A stretch of 64,000 nt of DNA from Anaerolineae bacterium (GTDB lineage: Bacteria; Chloroflexota; Anaerolineae; Epilineales; Epilineaceae). Shown in pieces: positions 18,501 to 26,588 of this stretch. Under the pieces are notes generated by a model. That model had not been told where the DNA came from. It searched no databases and saw only the letters and a program-made list of their open reading frames with translations. Position numbers and translations under genes: made by a program. The DNA lies in assembly GCA_044228875.1 (NCBI GenBank), contig JBGAUA010000003.1, positions 8,401-72,400 of the forward strand, written 5' to 3'. Numbering within the stretch: the first letter of the stretch is position 1; each line of letters starts with the position of its first letter.

Positions 18501-19194
18501 GTCAACGGCCGGTGGACCGGTCGTGGCCCCCTTGGCCGAGCCGAGCCTGGGCAGCCTCGCGCCCGAGAGCCCGGAGCGGTTCCGGCAGGGTCGCGGTGAC
18601 CCCAACGGGCCGCCCCTGCAAGGCCCGCTGATGATCACCGAGCTGATGTACCATCCCGGGCCGCGGTCCGGTCCGGAGCCGGAATGGATCGAGATCCAGA
18701 ACATCGGCGATCGACGGCTGGCCCTGGACGGTGCGGCGTCTCTGCCGGGCGCCGCGTCGCTGCCCTGGCGCCTGGTCGATGCCGTCAGCTTCAGCTTTCC
18801 CCCCGGTGCGGTTCTGGAAGCGGGCCAGCGCGCTCTGGTCACCGGCGGTGATCCGGCCGCCCTGCGCGCCCTGCGCCGCCTGCCGGATGATCTGCCGATA
18901 TGGGGTCCCTGGCGAGGCAGACTGGCCAACGAAGGCGAGTCCCTGGCCCTGGGGCAGCCCAGCGACGCCGACGACGGAACTGCCCTCATCGTGACCGATC
19001 GCATCGGCTACGGCAACGCCGCCCCCTGGCCGGCGACGGCGGACGGCCGAGGACCCAGTTTGGAGCGAGTGGACCGGGACCGTTGGGGCGAAGACCCTGC
19101 CGCTTGGGCGGCACCCAGCCGAGACGGCACGCCAGGCCGGCCGAACGCCGTGCCCCGTCGCATCTGGCTGCCCTTGGGCATACGCGGGCGCTAG
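15505..19194 (+). CDS. secreted CotH kinase-family protein with CHB_HEX_C-like domains and three lamin-tail (LTD) domains
   Basis: Signal anchor PALVIALVLVAGGPPLAL. CotH core HSFSLRFRSRYG...RLRAGFNDSF...HLFLNGLYWGLYEMAEEP...DYMLLNIYALNLDWQTNW...FFSWDTE. LTD-like repeats FDELHYQPPG..EFVEIVN, VWINEVLP...VELFNPG, LMITELMYHPG...EWIEIQN. Start ATG 15505 was chosen after the upstream stop at 15392. Confidence 0.85.
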   Translation: MAADPRCSNDGSPRPRTRRPGQGASRPALVIALVLVAGGPPLALRAESPEHRVFLPLLSPSPRRADPPDFSRTRGFQERPFTLSLRAADGLVIRYSLDGHAPVPDRGQIYTAPIPIAHSVVVRALAYRPEGGFAPSAVETHSFVFGESVFRQPAAPPRLPSEWGVGVEMPELGPVAADYGMDPRVIDDPRYAPRLQKALRDLPALSLALDPDDLFGAERGIYRHATGEGPDWERPASVELIRSDGVAGFQVDAGLRMAGVASRHHQFTRKHSFSLRFRSRYGSPRLDYPLFPESSVTRFDTLRLRAGFNDSFAFVPWRGQYLRDAWGRSSQRDMGWLAPRGRFAHLFLNGLYWGLYEMAEEPTAAFAADHLGGREADYDVVKSAERGEEGVEDGNRIAYERLIAMTDLADPVHYRQVADLLDIDAFADYMLLNIYALNLDWQTNWRAARDRVTGFGFRFFSWDTEISLDLLQPGHRLYEPAYEDDVSVTMGVDGLHDRLMRSPEYRLAFADRARRQLFAGGALTDGAAAERYRRLAAQIEDPMILESARWGDSPPGGLARRDGGALWDAYFAAKGPGAPQTQGQEWAAERDRLLNDFFPRRANRVLWQLCDRVLYPPLVAPVFEPGGGPLVAATRVLMAPDAGGCPGADRRGTIYYTTDGSDPRLPGSGHPDIPWSGQIAHTAQAYSHPVALDGYTVLKARAALTHQGNLIWSALSHASYGSPRLAFDELHYQPPGEGQDLEFVEIVNLERQPVDLSGASTGGITYTFPAGALRAPAARAVLIRDPDAFTLRHPTVPVAGVYSGRLADDGERLTLTSSGGQLLAEAVYRSDGFWPQAPAGQGYSLVRAGGTGSGAAAPEGPDTWRASTAPGGSPGRGDPPPPYVPVWINEVLPRPQPPLEGAVELFNPGPAPADVSGWWLSDDRSRLRGHRLPSGTVLPPGGYHVVYQAHWERDPAPLRLSPAGGEILLSAADALGQPTGFLTGFRYGAAQPNRSFGRLSTAGGPVVAPLAEPSLGSLAPESPERFRQGRGDPNGPPLQGPLMITELMYHPGPRSGPEPEWIEIQNIGDRRLALDGAASLPGAASLPWRLVDAVSFSFPPGAVLEAGQRALVTGGDPAALRALRRLPDDLPIWGPWRGRLANEGESLALGQPSDADDGTALIVTDRIGYGNAAPWPATADGRGPSLERVDRDRWGEDPAAWAAPSRDGTPGRPNAVPRRIWLPLGIRGR

Positions 19195-19300
19195 CAGCGG
19201 TCTGGTGCCGGCGGGATTGCAGCGGCTCACGTCTCCCCTCCGGCTCGCGCCTGACGTCCGGAGGATGGGAGCGGGCGGGCATGGCGCCGGCGCGATGCCG

Positions 19301-19343
19301 GAAAACGACGAACCGGCGAGAAGCAGGGCTTCTCGCCGGTTCG
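19301..19343 (-). terminator. intrinsic terminator candidate downstream of the S8 protease gene (may act bidirectionally)
   Basis: Perfect 16-bp stem CGAACCGGCGAGAAGC/GCTTCTCGCCGGTTCG (19309-19324 / 19328-19343) with a 3-nt loop. On the minus strand it is followed by TCGTTTTC. It lies between the convergent CotH and S8 genes. Confidence 0.6.
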
Positions 19344-19409
19344 GTGCGGTCAGGTTCTGATCCGCAGACCGGGCGCTCTGGCCGCCGGGTCTGATCGGAT
19401 CGGGTTCGC

Positions 19410-22400
19410 TCACGGGGTCGGCGTGGGCTCCTGATACGGCGCGGTCAGGTCGTGGTTGGGCATCACCAAGGGCAGGTAGAGGGTGGGATTGGGCTCCCGA
19501 CCCAGCATGATGTCCCTGAGGCCCCATTCCATGCCCGGCATGTTGTAGACGTAGTGGGAGAGGATGCCCAGCGCCATCGGTTCGGCATCCGCGGCCACGG
19601 GCTCGCAGATCCAGGACAGCTCCGCGTCGGCGTTGCCCGTGCTCGCCGGCAGCTCGACCATCGCGTCGATGTCCATCCAGTTGGTCTCGCCCGTCATGAG
19701 CTTGACGCAGTCCAGCTGGGCCTGATCGAAGTGGTAGCGACCACCCTCCTTCACGTCGCTGGGGGCCCAGTCGCCGACCGCCGTGGTGTCACCCTCGGCC
19801 GTGAAGTCGCCCATGTCGTCGACCGTCTGCACCGCGAAGTCGAAGCTGAGCGTGCCGTCGAAGGTCACGTCGGCGCCGAAGAGCTCCAAGGGCAGAGCCA
19901 GGCTGGCGAAGAGGTCCTGGACGTTGTAGTTCACCGACTGGAAGGCGGCGTCACTGAAGACGAGCCACTGCGCCTGATCGGCGATGGGGGTGGGGTAGCC
20001 GTCGGCACCCGTGGCCGCCGGGGCGAAGACATTGAGCGCGTTGACGCCCTGGCCCAGACGGAAGACCACGAAGTCGAAGGTGCCGTCCTTGTCCGCGTCG
20101 AGGAACACCGACACACGGCTGTCGATGACCAGGTTGCTGCTCTGGAAGGTGGCCACGCCGAACTGCAGTACCGGTGAGGCGCTGCCGTCGGCGAAGACGC
20201 GGTCACCGTAGCGCACGCCGACCGCGGCCACGTCGAGGGTGGCGGGGATCATCTCCGCGGGATCGGCGCTCGCGCTTTCCTCGTCGTCCTGGCCCAGGGC
20301 CCAGTAGGTCTCGGCCAGGCCGGTGTTGTTGCATTCATTGGCCCAGCTCATGGGCAGCGCCTGATCCTGCTCCTGACCCAGGTAGACGGCGTCCATGGAA
20401 TCCGGAACCGTGCAGCTGCTGCGCATCGGCAGGGTCTGGAAGGGCACGCCCACCACGTCGCCCTTGTCCACCGGCATGCCCGCGGCATCCACCTCGGTGA
20501 TGTGCAGGTAGCCGTCCACCTCCTGGTCCTGGAAGCGGTCCTCAGGCATGATCGGCGCGGCGCCATAGACGTCGAATTCCTTCATCTCCGCCGGATCCGC
20601 CGTCAAGGTGACCGCCACCTCGGCCGACTTGCCGCCCTCGATTGTGAGCGAGGCCGGCTCCATGCTCAGGGTGACGCCGCTGTCGGCGTCCTGCTCGGGG
20701 AAGGCCAAGGCGTAGTCCAGCGTGTAGGAGGCCGCCTTGTCCGACAGGTTGCGGACCGTCAGATTAATGGTCTTGGAGCTGGGCTCGCCCGCGGCATGCG
20801 TCACGCCGAAGCTGAGCTCCGCCAGACCGCGCTCGGAGCGCACCAGGGTATGCGCCACCGCGCTCTTGTAGGCCTGGGTCAAGCCGGCGCCCTGGCGCGT
20901 CACGCCCTCCAGCGGGCCGGTGTCGTTGCGCGAGCGGTGGATGACCGGGTCGGCGTAGTTCATGGCCAGGGCGGCGATGTCATCGGCGCTGAGGCCCAGG
21001 TTCTGGGTCTTGTTACGTTCCCACAGGAGGGCCGTCACGCCGGCCACCGCCGGGCCGGACATGGAGGTGCCGCTGAAGCTGACCCCCTCCGTGCCGGTGC
21101 CGCTGGCCACGGAGAAGATGTTGTGCCCCGGCGCGGTGATCTGCGGCTTGATATGGGCGTAGAAGCGCCCCGGGCCGCGGCTGCTGGAATCGTCCATGGT
21201 GTCGGTGAGCCAGATCTGCTCGATCTTCGACGCCGGGTCCAGGGTGGCCCTGACCACGGTGCCGCCGACCAGAAGGTCCTTCAGGGCCACGCCCGGCGCG
21301 TTGTCGATCATGACCCCGGGGATCTCGACTTTGGTGTCGCAGGGCGAGGGGGCAAGGCAACCCATGGCCGTCTTGGGGCGGGCGTCGCTGAAGACCACGG
21401 CGGCCGTCGCGCCCATCTTGGCGGCGTTGACCAGCTTGTCGTAGAAGGGGCAGGTGCCGCGCTCGATGAGGGCGATCTTCTCGGTGACGTCCTGCACCGG
21501 GGCCGTGGGGTTGCCCATGTCGTCATTGCAGGCCAGACCGTACCAGGCCAGCTCGCCGGTGCGCACGCCGGTGGAGGCCAGGGAGGCTATCCACTCCGCG
21601 CCCTCAAGGGCCTCGTGAAGTTCTTCCATGGCCGTGCCGTCATCGGTCCAGTTCACCTTGAGCGCCAGGGCCGACTCGCCCGGCGCCACCGAGTTGGCGA
21701 CCGAGAGAACCTTCTCCGTGGCGGAGGGCGACCCGACGATGAAGGGCGTGGGGCCGGAGTTGCCGGCCGAGGCCACCACCGTCACCTCGTGCTCGATCAG
21801 GCTCTCGACCACCTCTTCGTAGTCCCTGGTGCCGCCGCCGAAGCCGGCGCCCAGGCTCATGTTGATCACGTCGATCCTGGTGGCGGGCCGGGTGCCCGGC
21901 ACCTTGTCCGAAACCTGGCCCAGGTACAGGTTGTGGTTGGCCACCCATTCCATGGCCCCGGCCGTGATGTTGGTCGAGCCGCTGGCGCCGAAGACCTTCA
22001 GGGAGACCAGGGTGGCGTCAGGCGCCATGCCCTTGTCCACCTTGCCGCCGCCCGGGCTGGCCGAGATGCCCGCCACGTGCGAGCCGTGGCCGCCGTCATC
22101 GATCGGGTCCTCGTCCGGCTTGGGGGTGGAATTCGCCGCGTTGTTGGCGTCGTAGAGGAAGCCCACAAAGTCCCAGCCGCCGACCACCTTGGCCGTCGGG
22201 AAGGTGCCCGCCTCGATCACCGTGTCGTCGTCGGCGTCGCGCTTGGCCTTGTCGCCGTGGCCGCCGAGGGCCGCATGCATGTAGTCGATGCCGGTGTCGA
22301 TGACCGCGATGGTCGTGCCCTTGCCGGTGAAGCCAAGCTCCTCGGCCACCCTGGTGGCGCCGATATGCGGACGCGCATCCCCAAGATCCACCTGGAAGGT

Positions 22401-22901
22401 GGGCATGCGGCCCATCGAGCGGATGCCCGGGATGGCGGCCAGATCGGCCAGCCGGTCGCGGCGGATCCGCACGTGCAGGGCGTTGGACGTCGTCTGCAGG
22501 CGCTCGATCAACTGCCCGCCGGCGGACTGGATGGCCCGGATGACCGGCTCCTGCCCGCTCGCCAGCGTGTTATGGATGCTGCTGATGGCATCCAGGCTCA
22601 TCGGGGCGCTGGCGTCCTGGATGGCCGCCGTGTTTGTCGCCACCTGGTCCAGGACCTGGTAGAGCGAGGGGGCGTCCAGGCGCAGGAGCAGGTCGAGCGT
22701 CGCGTCGGGCGCCAGACCCTGCAGCGCCGGGGCGCTCACGTCGCCGTCGGTCTGGTCGAGCGGGGCGCCTTCAAAGGTGACCGCGCCCAGCGGCATGGCG
22801 ACGGAGGACTGCTGAGCCTCCGCCGACCCACTACCCAGGCCGGACACCAGGATGGATGCCGCCATCAGGGCGGCGGCCAACGGCCGGTGCTGCAACTTCA
22901 T
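19410..22901 (-). CDS. secreted subtilisin-like serine protease (peptidase S8) with PA-domain insertion and long C-terminal extension
   Basis: Signal peptide MKLQHRPLAAALMAASILVSGLGSGSAEA. Catalytic motifs IAVIDTGIDYMH (D), GHGSHVAGI (H), SGTSMSGPAVAG (S). PA-like IALIERGTCPFYDKLVNAAKMGATAAVVF. ATG 22901 follows CAGGAGGG. Confidence 0.9.
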   Translation of the reverse strand: MKLQHRPLAAALMAASILVSGLGSGSAEAQQSSVAMPLGAVTFEGAPLDQTDGDVSAPALQGLAPDATLDLLLRLDAPSLYQVLDQVATNTAAIQDASAPMSLDAISSIHNTLASGQEPVIRAIQSAGGQLIERLQTTSNALHVRIRRDRLADLAAIPGIRSMGRMPTFQVDLGDARPHIGATRVAEELGFTGKGTTIAVIDTGIDYMHAALGGHGDKAKRDADDDTVIEAGTFPTAKVVGGWDFVGFLYDANNAANSTPKPDEDPIDDGGHGSHVAGISASPGGGKVDKGMAPDATLVSLKVFGASGSTNITAGAMEWVANHNLYLGQVSDKVPGTRPATRIDVINMSLGAGFGGGTRDYEEVVESLIEHEVTVVASAGNSGPTPFIVGSPSATEKVLSVANSVAPGESALALKVNWTDDGTAMEELHEALEGAEWIASLASTGVRTGELAWYGLACNDDMGNPTAPVQDVTEKIALIERGTCPFYDKLVNAAKMGATAAVVFSDARPKTAMGCLAPSPCDTKVEIPGVMIDNAPGVALKDLLVGGTVVRATLDPASKIEQIWLTDTMDDSSSRGPGRFYAHIKPQITAPGHNIFSVASGTGTEGVSFSGTSMSGPAVAGVTALLWERNKTQNLGLSADDIAALAMNYADPVIHRSRNDTGPLEGVTRQGAGLTQAYKSAVAHTLVRSERGLAELSFGVTHAAGEPSSKTINLTVRNLSDKAASYTLDYALAFPEQDADSGVTLSMEPASLTIEGGKSAEVAVTLTADPAEMKEFDVYGAAPIMPEDRFQDQEVDGYLHITEVDAAGMPVDKGDVVGVPFQTLPMRSSCTVPDSMDAVYLGQEQDQALPMSWANECNNTGLAETYWALGQDDEESASADPAEMIPATLDVAAVGVRYGDRVFADGSASPVLQFGVATFQSSNLVIDSRVSVFLDADKDGTFDFVVFRLGQGVNALNVFAPAATGADGYPTPIADQAQWLVFSDAAFQSVNYNVQDLFASLALPLELFGADVTFDGTLSFDFAVQTVDDMGDFTAEGDTTAVGDWAPSDVKEGGRYHFDQAQLDCVKLMTGETNWMDIDAMVELPASTGNADAELSWICEPVAADAEPMALGILSHYVYNMPGMEWGLRDIMLGREPNPTLYLPLVMPNHDLTAPYQEPTPTP

Positions 22902-23312
22902 GTTCGGGGTCCCTCCTGAGGATCGTGGTGCGGACACCGTCGTCTGCCGGTGATGATGGCGGCGGCATGCGGTGACCTGCGGGCCGAATATATCGCGCCA
23001 CCCGTGGGCGGCGCCTTATGGTTCGGGGTTGAACGTGCCCTGTAACGCCGCCAGACCGGCAAGCGTGACCAAGCGCCAGGCCGTCGGCGCGCGCGAGGCG
23101 AGCGAAACGCGGGCAAGCCTATCACGGAAGCCGCTGCGGAGCAAGGGATTTCCCGACCGACAGGTTTCGACAGGCCCCGGGCCGACGGCCCTGGCCCGCC
23201 ATCCGCTATCGGTTGCCATGTCGCAACCATCGGTCTCCGTGTTAGCATGAAGCGCCAGCCCGCCGATCGATCCCGTACCGCATCCCTATCGTTCCGCCCC
23301 GTGGAGGTTGCC

Positions 23313-25343
23313 ATGACCGCTCCCCGACGCGCGCTCCAGTTCCTCGGCTCGGTCCTCTTCCTGTCCCTGATCGCGTTCGTCAGCGGACCGATCCGGCAGC
23401 CGGCCGCGGGCGCTCCGGATGCTTCGATCGGATCGCTGGAGATCGACGACTACAGTCTGGGCGAGATCCTCGAAGGGTCGGGACCGGCCATCGAGCGCTT
23501 CCCACCCGGCGCCCTGCCCGCCGCGCCTCGGATCCGCGCGCAGGAGCCTCTGCCGGCACCGGCCGCGGGCTCGCCGGTGGACTTCCGCCATTACCCCAGT
23601 CCGGAAGAGATCCGTGCCTTCCTGCAGGATCTCGCCACGGCGCATCCGGACCTGGTGACAGTCCAGACCATCGGACAGAGCTGGCAGGGTCGCCCCATCG
23701 ACGCCGTCCGCCTGACCAACGCTCGCGCGCCGCAACCCATCGCCGACCGGCCGGCGATCCTGATCGACGCCCAGCACCATGCCCGCGAGCTGATCAGCGC
23801 CCAGGTCGCCTTGTACAACATCTGGCGCCTGGTGGACGGCTACGGCAAGGATCCGGTGGCCACGCGCATCCTCGACACCCGTGTGGTCCACGTGATCCCC
23901 AGCGTCAACGTCGACGGCAACGCCCTGGTGCTCTCCGACAACCAGAACAACCGCAAGACCCTGAGCCCCGCCTGCTGCGACGACGACGGCGACGGCACGG
24001 TGGACGAGGATCCACCCCTGGGCTACGGCTACGGCACCGACACGCTCAGCCGCTACACCTTCGACCAGGCCTGGGCCGACGCCCATCCCGAGAACCCCTT
24101 CGTCGACGACTGGCGTAGCCATGTCATCGGCCAGGCCCAGCCGCTGGGTCGCTTCACCGGGGCCCTGGGCGGCGAGCGGCGCCCCATCGCGCGCGTTGAC
24201 GCCGACGGCGACGGCCGGATTCAGGAAGATCCGCTGGGCGGCGTGGACCCCAACCGCAACTACGACTGGTTCTGGGAAGGCGGCGACGCGCGCATTGGGT
24301 CGGACGCCTTCCGCGGTCCAGCCGCCTGGTCGGAGCCCGAGGTGCGCACCCTGCGCGACTACGTGGCGGAACTCGACACCATCGCGGCCTCGGTCTCCTA
24401 CCATTCCGGAACCGACCTGCTGCTGCATCCCTGGGCCTATTCGGAGTCGGATCCCTTGCCGGACGAGGGAATCTACGAGCTCCTGGGCGCCAAGGGCAGC
24501 CAGCTGACCGCGGTGCACGGCTTCGATGGCACCGTCCGCACGTGGACGGCGCGCGGCCTCTACGGGGCCATGGGCAGCTCCATGGATTTCATCTACGCCA
24601 GGATGGGTGCCCTGGCCTTCGCTCCGGAGACCTTCGGGGACAGCGGCATCACCCGCGTCGAACGCCTGGGCGCCACCGCCACCTTCACCGTCGGTCAGGC
24701 GACAGGCTTCTCCTTCAATCCTCGCCCGGATCGGATCCTGCCCGTGGCCGATCGCTGGGACCGCTGGGCCCGTTACCTGATGGCCGCCAGCCCCAACATC
24801 GCCCTCAACGCCTTGCGTCGGGACGGCGACGGTCTGCTCGTCGCCATCGGCAGCGAAGGCGTGATGCCCATTAGGCTCCGTGTCACTCTGACCACCGCGG
24901 ACGGTCGCCGCCTGGAGCTGGCGCCGGAGGGCGACCGCGTGGTCCATGCCGAGCAGCTGCGCTGGCGGGTGCCTTTGACCGCCCTGGGCGCCGAGGGCAA
25001 CCGCTTGGAGGCCGAGGCCATCCTGGCTTCGGGCACGCGCCCGCATCGGGTCGAGCTGGCCCACTGGTCCTTCGACCTGGGTCCGGCAGGCCCCCGCTTG
25101 ACCGCAGGCGACATCGAGCCCTTCACCGACCTGTCGGCGCATTTCGGCGGCTGGTGGGCCGGCCCCGAATGGAACGATCCACGCTACCGCTGTTCGAAGG
25201 ATCCCTGCCAGCCGCAGATCCTGGTCACGCCGCCGACGATCCCCACCGTCCCGGCCGAGCCGACGGAAGCGCCGGCCTTGACGCCGACGGCATCGCCGTC
25301 CGGCGCCCCGGAGCTGGTCCTGCCGCTGCTTGGCGCGCCCTGA
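23313..25343 (+). CDS. secreted M14-family zinc carboxypeptidase
   Basis: Signal anchor MTAPRRALQFLGSVLFLSLIAFVSG. YPSPEEIRAFLQDLATAHPDLVTVQTIGQSWQGRPI...ILIDAQHHARELIS (HxxE zinc motif)...VSYHSGTDLLLHPW. GGAGG lies 6 nt before ATG 23313. Confidence 0.85.
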   Translation: MTAPRRALQFLGSVLFLSLIAFVSGPIRQPAAGAPDASIGSLEIDDYSLGEILEGSGPAIERFPPGALPAAPRIRAQEPLPAPAAGSPVDFRHYPSPEEIRAFLQDLATAHPDLVTVQTIGQSWQGRPIDAVRLTNARAPQPIADRPAILIDAQHHARELISAQVALYNIWRLVDGYGKDPVATRILDTRVVHVIPSVNVDGNALVLSDNQNNRKTLSPACCDDDGDGTVDEDPPLGYGYGTDTLSRYTFDQAWADAHPENPFVDDWRSHVIGQAQPLGRFTGALGGERRPIARVDADGDGRIQEDPLGGVDPNRNYDWFWEGGDARIGSDAFRGPAAWSEPEVRTLRDYVAELDTIAASVSYHSGTDLLLHPWAYSESDPLPDEGIYELLGAKGSQLTAVHGFDGTVRTWTARGLYGAMGSSMDFIYARMGALAFAPETFGDSGITRVERLGATATFTVGQATGFSFNPRPDRILPVADRWDRWARYLMAASPNIALNALRRDGDGLLVAIGSEGVMPIRLRVTLTTADGRRLELAPEGDRVVHAEQLRWRVPLTALGAEGNRLEAEAILASGTRPHRVELAHWSFDLGPAGPRLTAGDIEPFTDLSAHFGGWWAGPEWNDPRYRCSKDPCQPQILVTPPTIPTVPAEPTEAPALTPTASPSGAPELVLPLLGAP

Positions 25344-25348
25344 TCTCC

Positions 25349-25366
25349 GACCGGCGTCGGCCGGTC
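25349..25366. terminator. short GC hairpin between convergent M14 and rdgB genes (weak terminator candidate)
   Basis: GACCGGC-gtcg-GCCGGTC: 7-bp stem, no U tract. It overlaps the rdgB stop codon. Confidence 0.25.
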
Positions 25367-25955
25367 AGCGCAGCTGCCGCAAGAGGGCGTCCAAGGCACG
25401 GGCGCGGTGGCTGAGCGCCGCCTTCTGGGCCGGTTCCAGTTCCGCCATCGTCAGACGGCCGTCGATGTCCCCGTCCTCCACCAGGAAGACCGGGTCGTAG
25501 CCGAAGCCGCCGCTGCCACGGGCCTGCAGGCTGATGCGTCCCGCCACCCGGCCTTCCGCCGTCAACAGGCGGCCATCCGGCCAGGCCAGGGCCAGGGCGG
25601 CGCGGAAGCGGGCGCCGCGCTCGGCCATCGGCACGGCGATGAGCCGGGCCAGTAGGGCGGCGACCCGATCGGCGTCGCTGCCCGGCGCCCAACGCGCGGA
25701 GTTGACGCCCGGCTCACCGCCGAGGGCGTCCACCTCCAGGCCGCTGTCGTCGGCCAGCGCGGGCAGGCCGCTGGCCGCCGCGAAGGCGCGCGCCTTCAGA
25801 ACGGCGTTGTCCAGGAAGGTCGCCCCGGTTTCCGCCACCGCCAGCTCCAGGGCCAGATCCGTGGGCACGCGGACCTCCCAGCCGACGGCCGCCAGCATCC
25901 GGCGGAACTCGACGACCTTGCCGGGATTGGTGGAGGCGATCAACAGCAGGCGCAT
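25365..25955 (-). CDS. rdgB: dITP/XTP pyrophosphatase (RdgB/HAM1 family)
   Basis: MRLLLIASTNPGKVVEFRRML...ETGATFLDNAVLKA...ALADDSGLEVDALGGEPGV...GFGYDPVF. Confidence 0.9.
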   Translation of the reverse strand: MRLLLIASTNPGKVVEFRRMLAAVGWEVRVPTDLALELAVAETGATFLDNAVLKARAFAAASGLPALADDSGLEVDALGGEPGVNSARWAPGSDADRVAALLARLIAVPMAERGARFRAALALAWPDGRLLTAEGRVAGRISLQARGSGGFGYDPVFLVEDGDIDGRLTMAELEPAQKAALSHRARALDALLRQLR

Positions 25956-25970
25956 GGGCGCGGCCGCGCC

Positions 25971-26585
25971 TCAGGCGGCGTAGAGGCCACGGGCCTCGAT
26001 GTAGGCCCGGACCCCCTCCGGCACCAGGTAGCGGATCGAACGCCCTTGGGCGCGTCGGCGGCGGATGTCGGTGGCCGAGATCTCCACGCGCGGGCCGTCG
26101 AGCAGCGCGACCCGGCCGGACAGGAAGGGCATCCGCTCGACCAGAGCCCCCAGGTCCAAGGCCACGCCGGGCCGCGCGAAGACCGCCAACCGCGCCTGGG
26201 CGGCGATCCGAGCCGGCTCCTTCCATCCGGACAGGCCGACGAGGCTGTCGGCGCCCAGGACCAGCACCCATTCGGTGGCCGCCGGGATTGCGGCTCGCAG
26301 CAGGGTCAGGCTGTCGATCGTGTAGCTCGGTGGTGGTCGGTCCAGGTCAACCGTGCTCAGGGCGAAGGCCGGATGATCGGCGATGGCCAGCTCGACCATC
26401 GCCCGGCGATGGTGGTCATCCGCCGGCGCCTGGCCGCTCTTGTACGGCGAACGGGCCGCGGGCATGAACAGGAGCCGCGACAGGCCCAGCTGCTCGCGGG
26501 CCTGCTCGGCCATCAGCAGATGCCCCAGGTGGATGGGGTCGAAGCTGCCGCCGAAGACGCCGATGGTTGCGCTGCTCGGGGCCAT
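25971..26585 (-). CDS. nadD: nicotinate-nucleotide adenylyltransferase
   Basis: IGVFGGSFDPIHLGHLLMAEQA (HxGH nucleotidyltransferase motif) ...ISATDIRRR. Confidence 0.9.
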   Translation of the reverse strand: MAPSSATIGVFGGSFDPIHLGHLLMAEQAREQLGLSRLLFMPAARSPYKSGQAPADDHHRRAMVELAIADHPAFALSTVDLDRPPPSYTIDSLTLLRAAIPAATEWVLVLGADSLVGLSGWKEPARIAAQARLAVFARPGVALDLGALVERMPFLSGRVALLDGPRVEISATDIRRRRAQGRSIRYLVPEGVRAYIEARGLYAA

Positions 26586-26588
26586 GCC

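Noticed and set aside
18730-18765. In-frame tandem duplication GAASLP-GAASLP (two 18-nt units with synonymous differences) in the third LTD of the CotH protein.
   Set aside because: This is a simple short duplication in a loop region, with no evidence of phase variation (not a homopolymer or perfect SSR). It is not pursued.
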